Assembly: GCA_965655095.1 (NCBI GenBank)
Contig: OZ296650.1
Coordinates: forward strand, 114,266,001 to 114,330,000
Source of the DNA: Haplodiscus bocki
Taxonomy: Eukaryota
Length of the DNA: 64,000 nucleotides
Direction of reading: 5' to 3'
Part shown: piece by piece, positions 1 to 12,524 of the stretch
Position numbering within the stretch: the stretch's first letter is position 1
How the letters are laid out: every line of letters begins with the position of its first letter
Notes under the pieces: generated by a model
Told to the model about the DNA's origin: nothing
Seen by the model: the letters and a program-made list of their open reading frames with translations, nothing else
The model's database searches: none
Position numbers and translations under genes: made by a program

Positions 1-800
1 GACGATGGCCTCATTTCTTGACAGCTAATTCTGAGGTCAAACCTTATATTCGGCTCAATCGGCATCACTTTCACAATCAACGTGCTGGGACGACCATCGA
101 CAATTCAATGAATCAGTGAATATGCCGCTTTGGAAGCACCCACAGCAACCACAAGTGTCAAAGCCAAATTTTCGAATTCAAACTTTTCCAGAACGTAACG
201 CAACTCTTAGAGTCTGACAAAACAATAACTGAATCCTTCCACAGCCAGTCTGAGTTCGTGATTGAGCGTTTGCACTGGACCCTATTGCGCAAAGTTTCTA
301 AATTTTTTGATCGAATTCATACAAAATGATCTACTTTAGTTCCATTCGCGTTTTCGACATTATGCCTTTTGAATCACAAGTCAACAGGACTCACATACAT
401 TCTCAATTTGGGACAAACAGTGTGTCTCTTAATTAATCTAAAGTTCTAGTGTACATCCCTCAAGGGCAAAATGTTCTGAAAGGGCATTGATGGAAAAAAC
501 CCAAAGCGCCTCACAAAACATTTGAGCTAGTTAGAACCAAAACGACAGCCAAATGCTTCGTCGCAACTTTTTGTATAACCTGAAAGTCCATGGAGAAGAA
601 CTTAAAGAAAACGACACAGTGTTCCTGTATTACCCATTCAAGCTTTCTTTTTGAAGCCTCAATTTATGTAGCAGTTGGATGGGCCGTACTATTTCAGCAT
701 TTGTCTCCTTGACGGGAAAAACCAAATAGAAGAACTCCGCACTGGCAAACACTTCGTTGTCCACTCTGAACAACTGATGCCATACGGCAGCGTTTGAGCT
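1..800 (+). mobile_element. Decayed Gypsy-type LTR retrotransposon integrase (rve core and GPY/F region)
   Basis: The + strand from ~120 reads ICRFGSTHSNHKCQSQIFEFKLFQNVTQLLESDKTITESFHSQSEFVIERLHWTLL, matching the Gypsy integrase pattern CRFGxPxxIHSDQGxNFESxLF...TTAFHPQSDGxVERFNRTL. At ~600-780 it reads LKENDTVFLYYP...QLDGPYY...HFVVHSEQLMPY (GPY/F motif). Catalytic residues are mutated. Confidence 0.75.
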
Positions 801-2621
801 CCTCCCTTACTAATCCGGGAACGTAATCCAACTCCCAAGAGCACTCCGACCACAAAATAATCTCTTCGGCCTTTCCCTTTAGTGAGTGTTTTTTTTCGAC
901 CAGCTGTCTTCACATCCTTCGCCACTCCTGTTCCTCTTCCCTGCCCAGAGGTTGTCGTCATCCCTTCTCTTACGCCTTCCCGGCTCTGATTAACAACAAT
1001 TTTTTCACCAACAACCCTGAAGTTTTACGCTTCTCAAGGTTTTTCCAATGTTTTCAGGAAACCTCCCAGCTTGTTCTCTATATGGTTTTGGTACTCCAAT
1101 TCCCCTCTTTACATATACTCATGCAGTTCATAACTCCTGTTTGACGATTACTTTTGGAGACAAACCAATCGACGAGCTATTGTTGTAGAAAGTTGGGGAC
1201 CCGCGACTTCAATTCTTAAAAATTCTTCCTTCTTCCCAATACTTATCCTTGTATTCTGCCGCTGAACACAGGGACACGCACGAAATTCCACATTCGAATC
1301 TGTTTTTGCAAAAGTAGTGAGGCACCGCTACGAACGTCTTCTCCGAGAAGCTGTTCCAACTGCCGCACAGAAACACTGGGCGCCGACAATGTGACACAGC
1401 GTATAGCAGAGCATCTCTAGTGGCCGAATTGCCTCAAAAATTTCTCGCAAAGTTCTGGGAAGGGAAATTCAAAAACATAAATTTCATCAAATTCCTCTAA
1501 AAAGCACTAATTTTGTTCAACCAATCGCCGACGCCAAAAGCTCTTTCAATACTTGAAATATCAGAAAACGCAACACGCCACACAAATTGACGATCATTTT
1601 TCTCGATGATTCTATCCCTGACTCTCAGCAGTTTCGTTTCACCCATGTTCACTTAGTCACATAATTGAATGTTGCTTTGGGCCATTTCATCTTCAAGGAA
1701 AGCGCAGCGTTTTTTCTCAAATGCTAATTTTTGACGCCAGAGATTGGGAATGAAGTTGGTGTGTGTTCGCTATTTCCAAGAACACCGAACAATATGGTGG
1801 CAAACGCGATCACTTTTTTGGAACTAAAAACCTTCCAGACTCAGTCAAGGGTATGAATACTGCTAAACGCTGCCAAAGCGAACTAATGACCAACTTGTCA
1901 AAACAACATAAAAAACTTGTCGGCAAGCTTAAAAATAGACTTGAACTGTAAGAAAAAGGGAATGTCGCTACCCAGACTGACCAGGAGCACTCGAAACGGA
2001 CAGGCAGTTCCTTTACCCAGCATCCCCTTTAATAAAAGGAAACTTTGCGAGAATAACAAGCAGTGGGCTGCCATGCAGTAGCCGCCGGAGCTACCCACCG
2101 TTGTAGGAATCTCAACGATCTCCTTTTTGGATGTCTACACCGAAAAAAAAGAAATGGAGAAAAGTGAAAACAACCATGGCGACTTAAACGCAATTCCACG
2201 ATGTATTGCTACGAGTACAGACAAAGAGTGATGAGAAGAGACATGAAAAATTTTGTCTCCGTGTGAACGAACTGGAAAAAAAAACAAAAAAAGGAAGAGG
2301 ACACAAAATATTGATACTCAACTTAAAATACTGGAGACAGACTTACTGGGTTTCAGAGATATGAATTTAGACGTGGTGGGGCGTTCGTTTCTTGTAACAC
2401 ATAGCAGCGTCTTTCTACAACTTATCAGAGATTAAATTAATCACCTGGGACCCTTATACACACACAATGAAACCTACAAAGAAATTTTTTGTACGTTTAC
2501 AAAAATGCGTTTTTCCACACAATCTTGTCATTTGCTGCGGGTGACGTTGCAAGTGACCAGATTATGTGGAAAAATATTAGAAGGGAATTAAATAGAAAAA
2601 TAACTCTTAAGCGACGATATC

Positions 2622-2683
2622 TGTTGTTGTTGTTGTTGTTAATGTGAATTTCCGTAAAGGAGGGATTTCTCCCGGTAGAGTTT
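2622..2683 (-). repeat. LINE 3' end: short stem-loop plus (AAC)6 microsatellite tail
   Basis: The + strand has tgttgttgttgttgttgtt at 2622-2640. The - strand UTR ccgggagaaatccctcctttacgg can form a small stem-loop, as at CR1/L2 3' ends. Confidence 0.8.
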
Positions 2684-5530
2684 TTAAAATATCGTCCACA
2701 GATTTCTACACTTTTGACAGTCGCAACACAATTGCCAGGTGCAGACGTTTGAAGATGAGAACTTCTTCTCCACAACTTCCCACATGAGTTTAATTAATCT
2801 AGCTTTTAAGTTTTTCGCTTCGTGGAACTATATTTTATCGTCAATTTTGTTGGCTAGTCTGCATGTTCGAAAGATAAATTCACTTCGTCTTTTCTCTGTT
2901 CGTGTCTTCTTTAGAGAAAAAATTTCTTTTCTTCTCGTGCTATTCTCGGCTTTACTAAGATTGTGCGGTAGTATTGATTTCAATTCGTTGTCTTCGTCTT
3001 GGCAGATTTTCGAGAGGAAGAGAAGATCGTTTAATTGCCAGAAAATCGGAAGTGGTAAGAGATTTAGTAGACGCAGTTTTTCAACGTAGCTTCTGGTTGA
3101 GTCGCCGCAGATCCATTTGACAACTTTTCTTTGGAACTGTTCGAGAGTGAGTAGGTCAGTCCGAGATACTTTGACGCAATGAAAACCGTACAGCAAAATT
3201 GGTAGAACAATAGACTTGTAGAGACCAAGTTTCACGAAGGTGTTGACTGAGTATGCTATGTTTCTCCTGAGCAAGTAGAGAACTTTGTTGGATTTTTTCA
3301 GTCTCTCGTTTATGTGCTATGTCCAGCTGAGATCGTTCTTGATGAAAACTCCGAGGTCTTTGATGACGTTAACCTTCTCTAGTTTTTGTTTGTAAAGCGA
3401 TAGATTTCCGTCACTGCCTTTTAGTGTGAGCATTCCGCATTTTTCAATGGCAAATTTCATCTGATTTAATTCAACCCGTTTTTCAATTGAGGAGAGGTCC
3501 GATTGTGCGTCTAACTGGTTTTGGCCAGTGTAGAGGAGTTTCAGATCGTCTGCAAAGATGTAAGGTTGGCTGAAACGTAGAGCATCGGGAAGATCATTGA
3601 TGAAGATGCAGTAGAGAAGGGGACCAAGAAGTGATCCTTGAGGGACCCCGCTTGTTACGTCAAGTAGATTAGAACAGTGGTTTCCAATTCTGACATATTG
3701 TTTCCGATTGTCTAAATAGTCGTAAAGCAGATCCAATAAACAGCCTCCGACTTCGATGGAGCAGAGTTTGTTTAACAAGTGCTGATGTGGTACTCGGTCA
3801 AAGGCCTTGGAGAAATCAGCATAGAAAGCTACGATGTAGTCATCGGTGTTCCTGTCCAAAGCTTCATGAATGTCTTTCAGGAACCTTAACATGTTGCTGT
3901 AAACTGATCGTCCACGTACGAAACCATGTTGATGCCTTGATAGGTAGTATGCAAAGTGTTTGTATAGCGGCTCGTACATGCATTTCTCAAAATTTTTTTC
4001 ATCAATATCGAGAAGTGAGATACCTCTGTAATTCTCAACGAGTTTTCTGTCGTCTTTTTTGTAAATGGGTGAAACGGCAGCTGTTTTCCAACTCGATGGC
4101 ATTTTACGTAAACGTTTGATGTTCTTGAACAGTACATTCAGGGTTTTGCTCATTTCACGATTTGTATATTTATAGATCACAGGAGGTTTCCCATTTGGCC
4201 CTCTCGATTTTGATATATCGAGGTCTGATATGAAATTACTGATAGTTTTTACTGATATAGAGAAGTTTGATAGAGAAGAAGTCTGATAATTGAGTTCTGA
4301 TTTGCAGAAGTGCGTTTTTGGCGCGAAAACTGAATTAAAGAACTCGTTGAAAAGTTCTGCTTTCTGTTGATCAGTTTCTGCAGAACGCCCGTTTTATTCG
4401 ACCACCAGTGGGATGATTGCCGATTTGTTGAGGTGTATTAGGTGCTTGAAGATCCTGTGAGTTGACCTGGATCCCAATGATTTGTTTTGGTAGTCACTTC
4501 GATCTTGTTCGCAGAGTTCAGTGACCATGTTTACGAGTTGGCAAACATAAGATTTTCTGTAGCTTGTCGGGCGTGTAGATAATAGTCGTTTCTGTGTTTC
4601 AAGTTTTTTCAATTCGTGCGAGGTGCTCGGTTGAAACCAGGGAGGCAGAGTTTGTCGGTGACTTGTTCTTGTGGGAACGTGTAAGTCGGACAACCAGTCA
4701 AGGTAGTCAATGTACTCAGCATACATGTTGTCAATGTTAGTGAAGCATACAGGTGTAAACGGAGTGCCTTCCATTTCTTCAACCATTGATTTATAGTCAC
4801 CTGACCCGTAGCTTTTGTATTTTTCTCGAACCGGATTGTACTCTGTGAAACGGAAGTCCACAGACGTTTTAATTGCTAAGTGGTCAGAGCAATTGAAAGT
4901 TTTATCGAATTTTTGATCGTTTCCAGAAAATACTGTGCAATTTTGGTAGAAAAACACGTCCAGTGTGTTGGAGTTGCAAGTTGGAAAGTTGATGGATTGC
5001 TTTAGCAGTCTGCTTTCGAACAGTTCAATTAACTCGGCTTCCTCCTCATCAAAAGTTGTCCAAGAGTCCCAGTTTGTGTTCGGGAAGTTTAAATCCCCAC
5101 ATACAAGTACTATGTTCCTCTTTGGCAGCTCGCGTAGAATTTCCTGGAAGTCATTCATTGTGTAACGGTAGGGACTTGTTTTCGGAGGATTGTAGAACGA
5201 GCATATGTAGATTTCAACACCTTCGATTTTTACTTTGCAAAGAACGCAACTATCGACTTCCTTCGTTTTTAAGCGGTGTGAGCTGAGGGTGTTTTTGACT
5301 GCGATTAGCGCTCCCCCGTGCGTGTTGGTAAACTGGTGTTTGCGATCTTGTCTATATATGTTGAAATTACTTAGAAAGAGTTCAGAGTTGTTGATTTGTT
5401 CGTTTAGCCAAGTTTCACACACACACACTATATTGTACGCGCCCGTTTGTATAGCGTTTGCCAGTTTGTGACGTCGTTCAAAATTGACTAAACTTCTTGC
5501 ATTGATTTGAAGGATATTGAGCGGAGATAG
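2684..5530 (-). pseudogene. LINE ORF2: AP endonuclease plus reverse transcriptase, with three in-frame premature stops (4394, 3317, 2828) and no frameshift
   Basis: APE motifs: NILQINARSL, VCETWL, HGGALIAV, GDLNFP, TLDVFF, SDHLAI. RT motifs: YRGISLL, QHGFVRGRS, DFSKAFDRVPH, SGVPQGSLLGPLLY, FADDLKL, KDLGVFI. C-terminus CTWQLCCDCQKCR. ORF-track segments 4394-5428, 3317-4180 and 2828-3274 are all in one frame. Confidence 0.95.
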
Positions 5531-6424
5531 TCATCTGGTAGCGGGCGCTCCCGTCTCCAGTTCAACCTTCACTTCGTTATTGAAGAGCTCAAAATTGCGT
5601 AATTTGAGCTTTTCTCTCGGTACACCTTCTTCTAGAAGTTCTCTTCGTTTTTTCAGACATAGACTCTCTTTAATAGCTTCATCTTTTGATAAGGCTTGTG
5701 AGATGAAAATATTTTGTGATTTTAGCTCATTTCGTCTTTCCACACTTTTGGCTAACACCAATCGTACCTCGTGAGATGTGGCGAGTGTTACGAGCAGGGT
5801 GCGGGGTTTGGTTCTATCCTTGTTGAATTTTCCTAACCGTTTCATTTCAAATACTTGGGGGTTGACGCCTAGGCACTTCAGCACTTCATTTATTTTCTCG
5901 TTTGTTGGGATGAGATTTTCGTTTCGTGATTTTTCCGGATCTTCGCTGATCCCTTGTATTCTAAAACTTCTTTCAGTGTTGTGCGTGTTTTTGATGACAC
6001 TAGCTTTTGTTTCTGTTCCAGGAGGAATAGCTGCTTTTGTTGCGTTTTTGGCTGCGATAGTGCCGTAGTTTTCTTCGACTTTTTGACAAGTTCGCGTGAC
6101 GGCTTCTTGTACCTTTCGGTCTACTAACTTAGCTAGGTTGTTTTCAATCTTGTTCAGTTTCTCGTTTATATCAAGCTTCTCAAGTTTTTCTTCAATCTTC
6201 AAATCACATCTTTTGCGGATGAAATTGTCTCTCTCGTTGTTTTCGACACAAGTATTGCAAAGAAGCATTGCTAGTTGGCCGAGTTCTTTTATTCTGTTTA
6301 TGGCGACCGTGCTTAGACCAGTACATGTCGGGTCTAGATGCATTTGGCAACCGCAAGCGACGTATTTGTAAGATTTTTCATTAGCATTGATGGTTCGTTT
6401 ACAAGTCTTGCAGGGACGAGACAT
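5531..6424 (-). CDS. LINE ORF1 (PHD finger, coiled coil, ORF1 C-terminal nucleic-acid-binding region), 297 aa
   Basis: N-terminal CKTC...VAC...H...C...LLCNTC is PHD-like with one Cys replaced by Tyr. A heptad-rich segment follows, then FRIQGISE...KRLGKF...PRTLLVTL...IFISQALSK, typical of CR1/L2 ORF1. Confidence 0.85.
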   Translation of the reverse strand: MSRPCKTCKRTINANEKSYKYVACGCQMHLDPTCTGLSTVAINRIKELGQLAMLLCNTCVENNERDNFIRKRCDLKIEEKLEKLDINEKLNKIENNLAKLVDRKVQEAVTRTCQKVEENYGTIAAKNATKAAIPPGTETKASVIKNTHNTERSFRIQGISEDPEKSRNENLIPTNEKINEVLKCLGVNPQVFEMKRLGKFNKDRTKPRTLLVTLATSHEVRLVLAKSVERRNELKSQNIFISQALSKDEAIKESLCLKKRRELLEEGVPREKLKLRNFELFNNEVKVELETGAPATR

Positions 6425-6525
6425 TTCTGAAAACCACTCTAATCCTCGAAGCCCGTATTCAAACGGAGCCTGTCAGATCAAAGTGAATTCAAAAATGGTT
6501 TGCAGCGAAAAACTCACAAGCTAGA

Positions 6526-7113
6526 CTAGGCCGATTTTATTGCTTTATTTCGTGACTTCTTTGATGGTCTGGTATGTCGGTTTATCAGTTTTTGTAAATC
6601 GCAACCAAAGTTAAGAATAGTCTGCAGTAGATGAATCTCTAGGAAGGGTTTGATATGAAGCTTACGGTACTGGTTGGGAAGATCGCTCTTCTGTTTCTTC
6701 CTGGTCAATGTGTTTCTGATAACGTCCAGCGTTGGGATGCCGGTGGACTTCAATTCTCTGTATGCGTTTGGTGCAAGAACAAGTGGATTTTTGCTCACCT
6801 CGCGTTGGATATACACAATGCCGATAAGATTTGGAACTGAACTGACCTTCTCGACCAGTTGCTCGGGAGTAAGGGGGGTACGTTTGATTTGAGGATGACT
6901 GGTAATAGAGTTGTTGAGCACGTCGTGCCACTGAATGATACCTTCACCTCTGGGGACTAATCGAAGAATGTGACGAACCTGCTTTTCACGATCGGCTTGA
7001 GGGTTGAAGCTCAATCCAGGAGTTGCTTTGATTCGTCTGCCCAGTCTTCGTTTGATGTTTGGATAGCGATCAATTGAATGGCTCAGACTGCTGGCTCCAA
7101 TAAACACTACCAT
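6526..7113 (-). CDS. Additional upstream LINE ORF ('ORF0'): SGNH/GDSL-hydrolase-like protein, 195 aa from the first ATG
   Basis: Intact ORF. VVFIGASSL resembles block I (GDS), PGLSF block II, IIQWHDVLNNSI block III and RKLHI block V (DxxH without Asp). It is separated from ORF1 by a stop and a 101-bp spacer and lies in a different frame. Confidence 0.65.
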   Translation of the reverse strand: MVVFIGASSLSHSIDRYPNIKRRLGRRIKATPGLSFNPQADREKQVRHILRLVPRGEGIIQWHDVLNNSITSHPQIKRTPLTPEQLVEKVSSVPNLIGIVYIQREVSKNPLVLAPNAYRELKSTGIPTLDVIRNTLTRKKQKSDLPNQYRKLHIKPFLEIHLLQTILNFGCDLQKLINRHTRPSKKSRNKAIKSA

Positions 7114-7199
7114 TTGGGAGCAACCACGGCTACCCCAGAATTCATTCAATAAACTGAAACTATTTAATAATCCCGAGGGACCAAAATCTACAGCAATGC

Positions 7200-9100
7200 G
7201 TGTGGGCTAGGGATCCATTTTTTTCGAACTCCAAATAAGTTTTGGGAGTTTTCTTTTGACTAAGCATCTGTGGTGTCCTTGGCGTTCCCATGAAATTTAA
7301 AAAAAAACTTTTCCACGTCTTACAGGCTTTCCTTTTTAATCAACTTAACGATGACACTGACAGTGATTTTAGTATCCTTTCTCCAACCCTTTCCCCACTG
7401 TTTCAACTAGTTTTGTATTTGGCGCTCAGATAAGATCATCAATCTCTCATCTGTGTTTCATTTATGTTCGTGACGAACGCTGCAGGCTGCGATCTCCACT
7501 ACACCAGAACTCTTCCGTTGTTCACTTTTCTCTACACTTACGATCTTCTTTTCCTGTGAAACTGTTATCTGGAGTCTGTCTTTTTGCCTGAGGGACCTCA
7601 AGCGTTTAACTTAGCCGATGCCATGGAATAAACTAACTCTCGAGACTTCATATACAAATGACAAATGATAATGGTGTTGCTTTTCTCGCAAATTCCACAT
7701 TGTTTTTTAAAACCTGCCTTGTCTCCCCAATTTGTAAAGCAGACAGAGTTTCGATCAAGAGGACCAACAGTTGGTTGTTGACATAGAGTTCTGTAAAAAC
7801 CGACCGGAGTCTTTGCTCGTTTGCATTGACCTGACAACATCCCTTGATCATACTTTCAGGTACCTTCCAACGCTAAACAAAATTTTCACACTAATCTTGT
7901 TGGTGAAGCATGCGTGTTCAATCTGGTTCAATTTTCTAACTATTAAACGTGTTTTTCCCTGCCGTTCTATTTTCAGCTTTCGCCAAAACTACTGGTCCAT
8001 TTCACCAACCTCGTCAGCAGCTCCTTTCTCATATCTCCCCACTCATACTGCAAGTGATTTCTCTCTGGTTCCAATCACGGTATACCCACTTGATTTCTGC
8101 GTTTACTTCACACTTTTCCTGTCCGTCGACAATTGATCCGTCTGTTTGCACAAGTGCAACACTTCTTCCGTGTTTCTTCCGACTATTCCGTAAACAATGC
8201 GAAGTAATATACACCTGCTGATTCTGTTAATCTTTCGTACTTTTCAGTGACCGATTGTAAGGCTCTGCATGTTTTTGCGAAAGAAGCTACTCGTTTTTTT
8301 CAAACCATCGCACTCACCCCTACTAATTCCTTTACCAAAAAAACTGTTTGTTCTACCAAAATTTGGGTTCAGTTTTTGAAACTGTGCCCCCAGAAACCCC
8401 ACATCGTGCGTGTTTAATAACGAACCCCGGAATTTTCAGCGCAAAATTGACCAACTTGTCATCTCCAACCTCTTTTCTGAACAACTTCGATTGTTTCAAT
8501 CACCTCTTCTTTGAGTGCTTTCAATTCCGCTATCGTTTGAACACAGATGGTTTTTTCGTTTCTCTGGTCAGCACATAATCTAGTCTCTGGTTCTCCAAAT
8601 GCCAGGCTTCCATGCACGCATATCTCGCAGGTGCTCAGTTTGTGAGCACGTTTCCCGTGATAAAAACATTCATCAAACAATTCCATTGGACTTTTTTGTT
8701 GCCCTTCTCTCTTTTTTTTCCTAGCTGCAAATTTTCCTGTGTTAGTTTGTGCAAATGGTATGATTATTTGGCCCTCTTTCAAAATCTTTTGGCAGCAGCC
8801 CGCAACTTCTTTGCCAGTAAAGACCAGTTATGGCTGAATGCAATCGTTGCGGTAATCGAAAAAACCCTACTATTGGAGGACTTGCAATACTGGACAAACC
8901 AAAATCTTTCCGTGAAACGATAATGTCTGCTTGTAGAAGAGCAAAAACGAAGATCATCCATTGAAACATTACATGCGACATTCATACCTTCCTCTCCGAA
9001 CTTCAGCTGAACGCTTCTTCAGGGGCGGTCTTTCGCACAACCAACTGCTTTAGCCCTGATACAAAACCTCCTGCATTTCTGCCGGACATCTGTGACTCTG
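7200..9100 (-). mobile_element. Decayed LTR retrotransposon gag-protease remnant
   Basis: Degenerate zinc knuckle ECFYHGKRAHKLSTC (~8630-8680) and retropepsin-like LYVNNQLLVLLIETLSALQI (~7730-7790, cf. LIDTGSA). Many stops. Confidence 0.55.
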
Positions 9101-9149
9101 CTGTATAATTAGATTTTCCGAATATTCACGCTCGCCATGGGGGCGTCAG

Positions 9150-10700
9150 TTTCGAATATGACTTTTTTTCTCCTCTATTGACCAGACCGTGCAGAGATCC
9201 TGCGAAGTACGTGAACAGGCAGAGACGGCTCAAGTGAATCTCCGTGCTAACCACGGATCTGACGACTCTCTCTGCTCAACAGTTGAGTCCCTCACAGCCG
9301 AGATAAAAGCAGCTCCCGTCCAATTTACTAAACCTCAACGGCTTCCACCAGCACTTGATGAAGCACTCAACGGAGCAGTTCAAGACAAAAGAAATGCTCC
9401 TCTTTGAACGATCAGGCACTCCAATGAACACCGATTCATTCCTTGGTCTTCTCCGGCAGCAGCTCCTGGCTCTTTCGATTGCCTGTGAAGTACACGTTAC
9501 TCCAGATGATCCGTAGTATCCATTCCCTGGGGGAGTTAGTTGTCCAAGCGGCATGGCATTTGGTCCTGATCGTCACACTAATCAGGAGAGACTTGACTAC
9601 GCCTCTTTTTAGCCAAGTATGTGATCAGTTTGAGCTGTTCCACTCGAGTTGTTTGTAGCAATAAACCCGGCAGTGCTGAAAATGTTTTCCTTGTGGACCC
9701 AATAGAGTTCCGACGCGTTACGGTTGCTTCGAAAGACCGCAACTGTATCTTTCCTTCACTTCCGGTTGACTCTTTCTTTGTTTGTCTTTGCCGACGGCTT
9801 CAATTGAGTTGGACCTGTATTTTCGGAGCTCACCCCGGTTTTGCAATGTCTTGTGTGCCTTTCGCTCGGCTGTTGTGTGCTGTGACTTCATGCATTAGAA
9901 AGAGTTCTGTTTTCAACCTCTTGGAGTGAGTGAGTAGCTGCTAGTGCATATCATGCGCGGCCTTTGCCCAGCTGCAGCTGTAAACACACAATGGTAGTCG
10001 TTTCAAAGGTGCCCGACTTTTGACAAGCCTCTATTGAGTGAATTTGGAACGTCGTCTTATAGCACTATAGGGCAATCCAATTCCAGCGTGAATAATTTTT
10101 GCGCTCCAGCAAGCGTAAGTGACAACACAGGATTGCTATATGAGATGATGACATCATCTGAAATTCACTCACCACACTTCCATTTTTAAGAATACCGTGA
10201 TTCTCTGAAAATAGTTGGTCAAGAAATCAACTCTTTCCTGTAGCGTACCCGCTGTTTAATGCCAACTGAAGATTTATAGTCAAATTTTCGTTCAGCTACT
10301 TCAATCCTCCTTGGAATATCTTGGCTTTAATGACTTGCAACAGCTGCCGAGGAAAAACTCCCGCCGCAATAACAAGCTCCAAACATTTTGAATCCGTTGT
10401 TCAGAAGCCTTAACACAATTGTCAAGCTCGACATTACCCTCAGCTCAACATTGCTGAAAAAACATCTACAACTACAAGAATACCATTACCACTAGCAATA
10501 CACTTTCAACGTCAATTTTAAACACCTCAGACACTCTCGTCGGCTCTATATCTTTACGAATGCCCCTCAGGGGCTCTTCAGTTGTGGTCTTGAAGGAATC
10601 GCTGGCTGTCCAGCAGAGCACTGCTTTCAATTGCGTGCACGCAGTCTAACCAAGTGAACAGATGATAAAGTGGGTCGTTCCCGCTTTGTTAATCTACTAA
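9150..10700 (+). mobile_element. Highly decayed retroelement-like coding remnant (possible gag/protease)
   Basis: Higher GC, coding-like fragments, and a weak protease-like LIALxGNPIP segment near 10060. No intact diagnostic motif. Confidence 0.3.
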
Positions 10701-12019
10701 TTAAACAGCAAATCCTTGAAATACCAAGCGTTTGTCGCTCTGTTCTTGTACCTAAACCAACAGCTTCAGACTTTTTGTTTTATATTTAGGAGCGCGTCGT
10801 TTTTTGATCTGCAAAAAATTTTTCTTGCGTCTTGGAATATCCTGTAGACAAGGACTTAAAACAGTTTTACTTACAGACAGTTTCGAACAAGATTTCATAC
10901 ATTATTAATCATTTCCCCTGCATTCAACAACTTTCTCAGAAACCACTTTCCTGGGCTTTACGTTTACACATATAAATTGATTGAATACCTTCTATTCTTA
11001 GCAAGATTTTACTTTATAATGGTTTAATTTACTCCGTTGATACCTTCACTCTGACATGTCACAAACCCAGAAACCTGAGCCACCCAAAAGTCAGAGAGAC
11101 CCTTCATAACATCCCACAACCTCCTTGAAAATAAAGGCCATAGAACACTGCAGAATATTCCAGCAACTCCTCTTGACTTCCAATAAAACTTCCAATAAAA
11201 AACTTCCAGTAAAAACTTCCAATAAAGTGTGAAATTTGTTTTTTTTTCGCCCTCAAAACTATTTAAACCGTAATACAATTTTTACTTGAGCAATCCCAAA
11301 AAGGAAGAAATGATCAAACTAAACCTTCGAAACAGCCGTCCGCGCATCCGAAGGATGAAGAGTAACGAACTCTTGTCATGGGTTTAGCAGCAAAATCACA
11401 GTTATTAAAATAGCATCTTTCCCGCTTTTTCTAATATCTGCTAATTTCGGCAAATTCGCTTCCAAGTTTCACTTCTCAATGCTTAACGCTCAATGCCTTG
11501 CGTCCTGGATGTCTATGTTAACTCGCTTGCCCTTCAAGAAAACTGGTGGTATCTGCTTCGAACGTCAACGTGACATTTTGGTCAAAAAAGGGACAACTTT
11601 CGTACTTTGAACAGAGAGTTGTCATAATTAGATTTTGTTGTTCAATCGAGGTGTTAAATACGCTGATTGGCAAACTGAATGAGATGAGTTTAGATACCCT
11701 GAGGTATTTTCAACGAATATCGGTTAATTGGAAAGTTGAAATATTTCACGCATACAGTTTTGTGGATCACTTAGTATTGGGCAGAAATTGCAAGTTTCAG
11801 TTTGAGTTTTAAAATAAGTTAGAATTTTCTATGTTCGCAAGTGAAGTGAGAAGTTTTGAAGGGTTTTGATATCCTGCTAACTACCAGTTCTGGCAAGAGC
11901 AATAAAATTTGAGCATGCATTTATTTGGGGTTACCCAGTACCTCAATGGTCAAAAATTAATGGTTTTGCAATATCGTTTACGTATTGTTTCAATGGGGCA
12001 TAATTGACCGCAATTGTCT

Positions 12020-12150
12020 TGGTATTTAAGAGATTTTATTAACTTCAATAGTAATGAAAAAGGTCGAAATTGCATAGTGCTGAACTTGAAGTGGGTGAAA
12101 AATATGAACGGTTGAAATGGCATGGGTTGAAGGTTCATAGGTTGAAATTT
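12020..12150. mobile_element. Solo fragment resembling the MULE terminal inverted repeat at 53590-53736
   Basis: Shares iterated ggttgaa motifs and cggttgaaatggcat(g/a)gg with the TIR of the element at 52203-53736. Confidence 0.55.
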
Positions 12151-12524
12151 CTTTTAATGCCATGACGTGTAACCATCGAGACAGCGGGTAATTCCATTCA
12201 TTCAATTCTACTTACTTGATCTCTACTTTCATTCATCTCTTTCTACTTTTCGCTATCAAGCTAGAGCGATCAATCGATCACAAAGTACTCTTCGCTGTCA
12301 AGTAGTAATCGATAGCGTTTTTCTCCGAAATTTGTCATTTTTGTTCGCATCTCAGTTATTGCTTTTCCAGAATTGTCAGTCAATATTCGCAAAATTAGCC
12401 CAGTTCCAATATTTTGGGTATGATAATTCTTAAGCGCTTATTGCCTAGCATTCTTGATACCTATGTTAGTATTTTTCGTGACAATTTATGAAGCTTCTGT
12501 TGATACAAGATTCGTTTTCTACAG

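Larger units (their letters stand above)
2622..7170 (-). mobile_element. Near full-length CR1/L2-group non-LTR retrotransposon (LINE) with three ORFs
   Basis: Order on - is SGNH-like ORF, PHD-finger ORF1, APE-RT ORF2, short 3' UTR and (AAC)n tail. No TSD was found, which is common in CR1. The 5' boundary is approximate. Confidence 0.9.

Noticed and set aside
2600-7200. Target-site duplication for the LINE
   Set aside because: No matching flanking repeat was found by eye.
11175-11230. Short repeats (acttccaataaa)n as a CRISPR-like array
   Set aside because: Adjacent 12-13-bp minisatellite units with no spacers, in a eukaryotic context.
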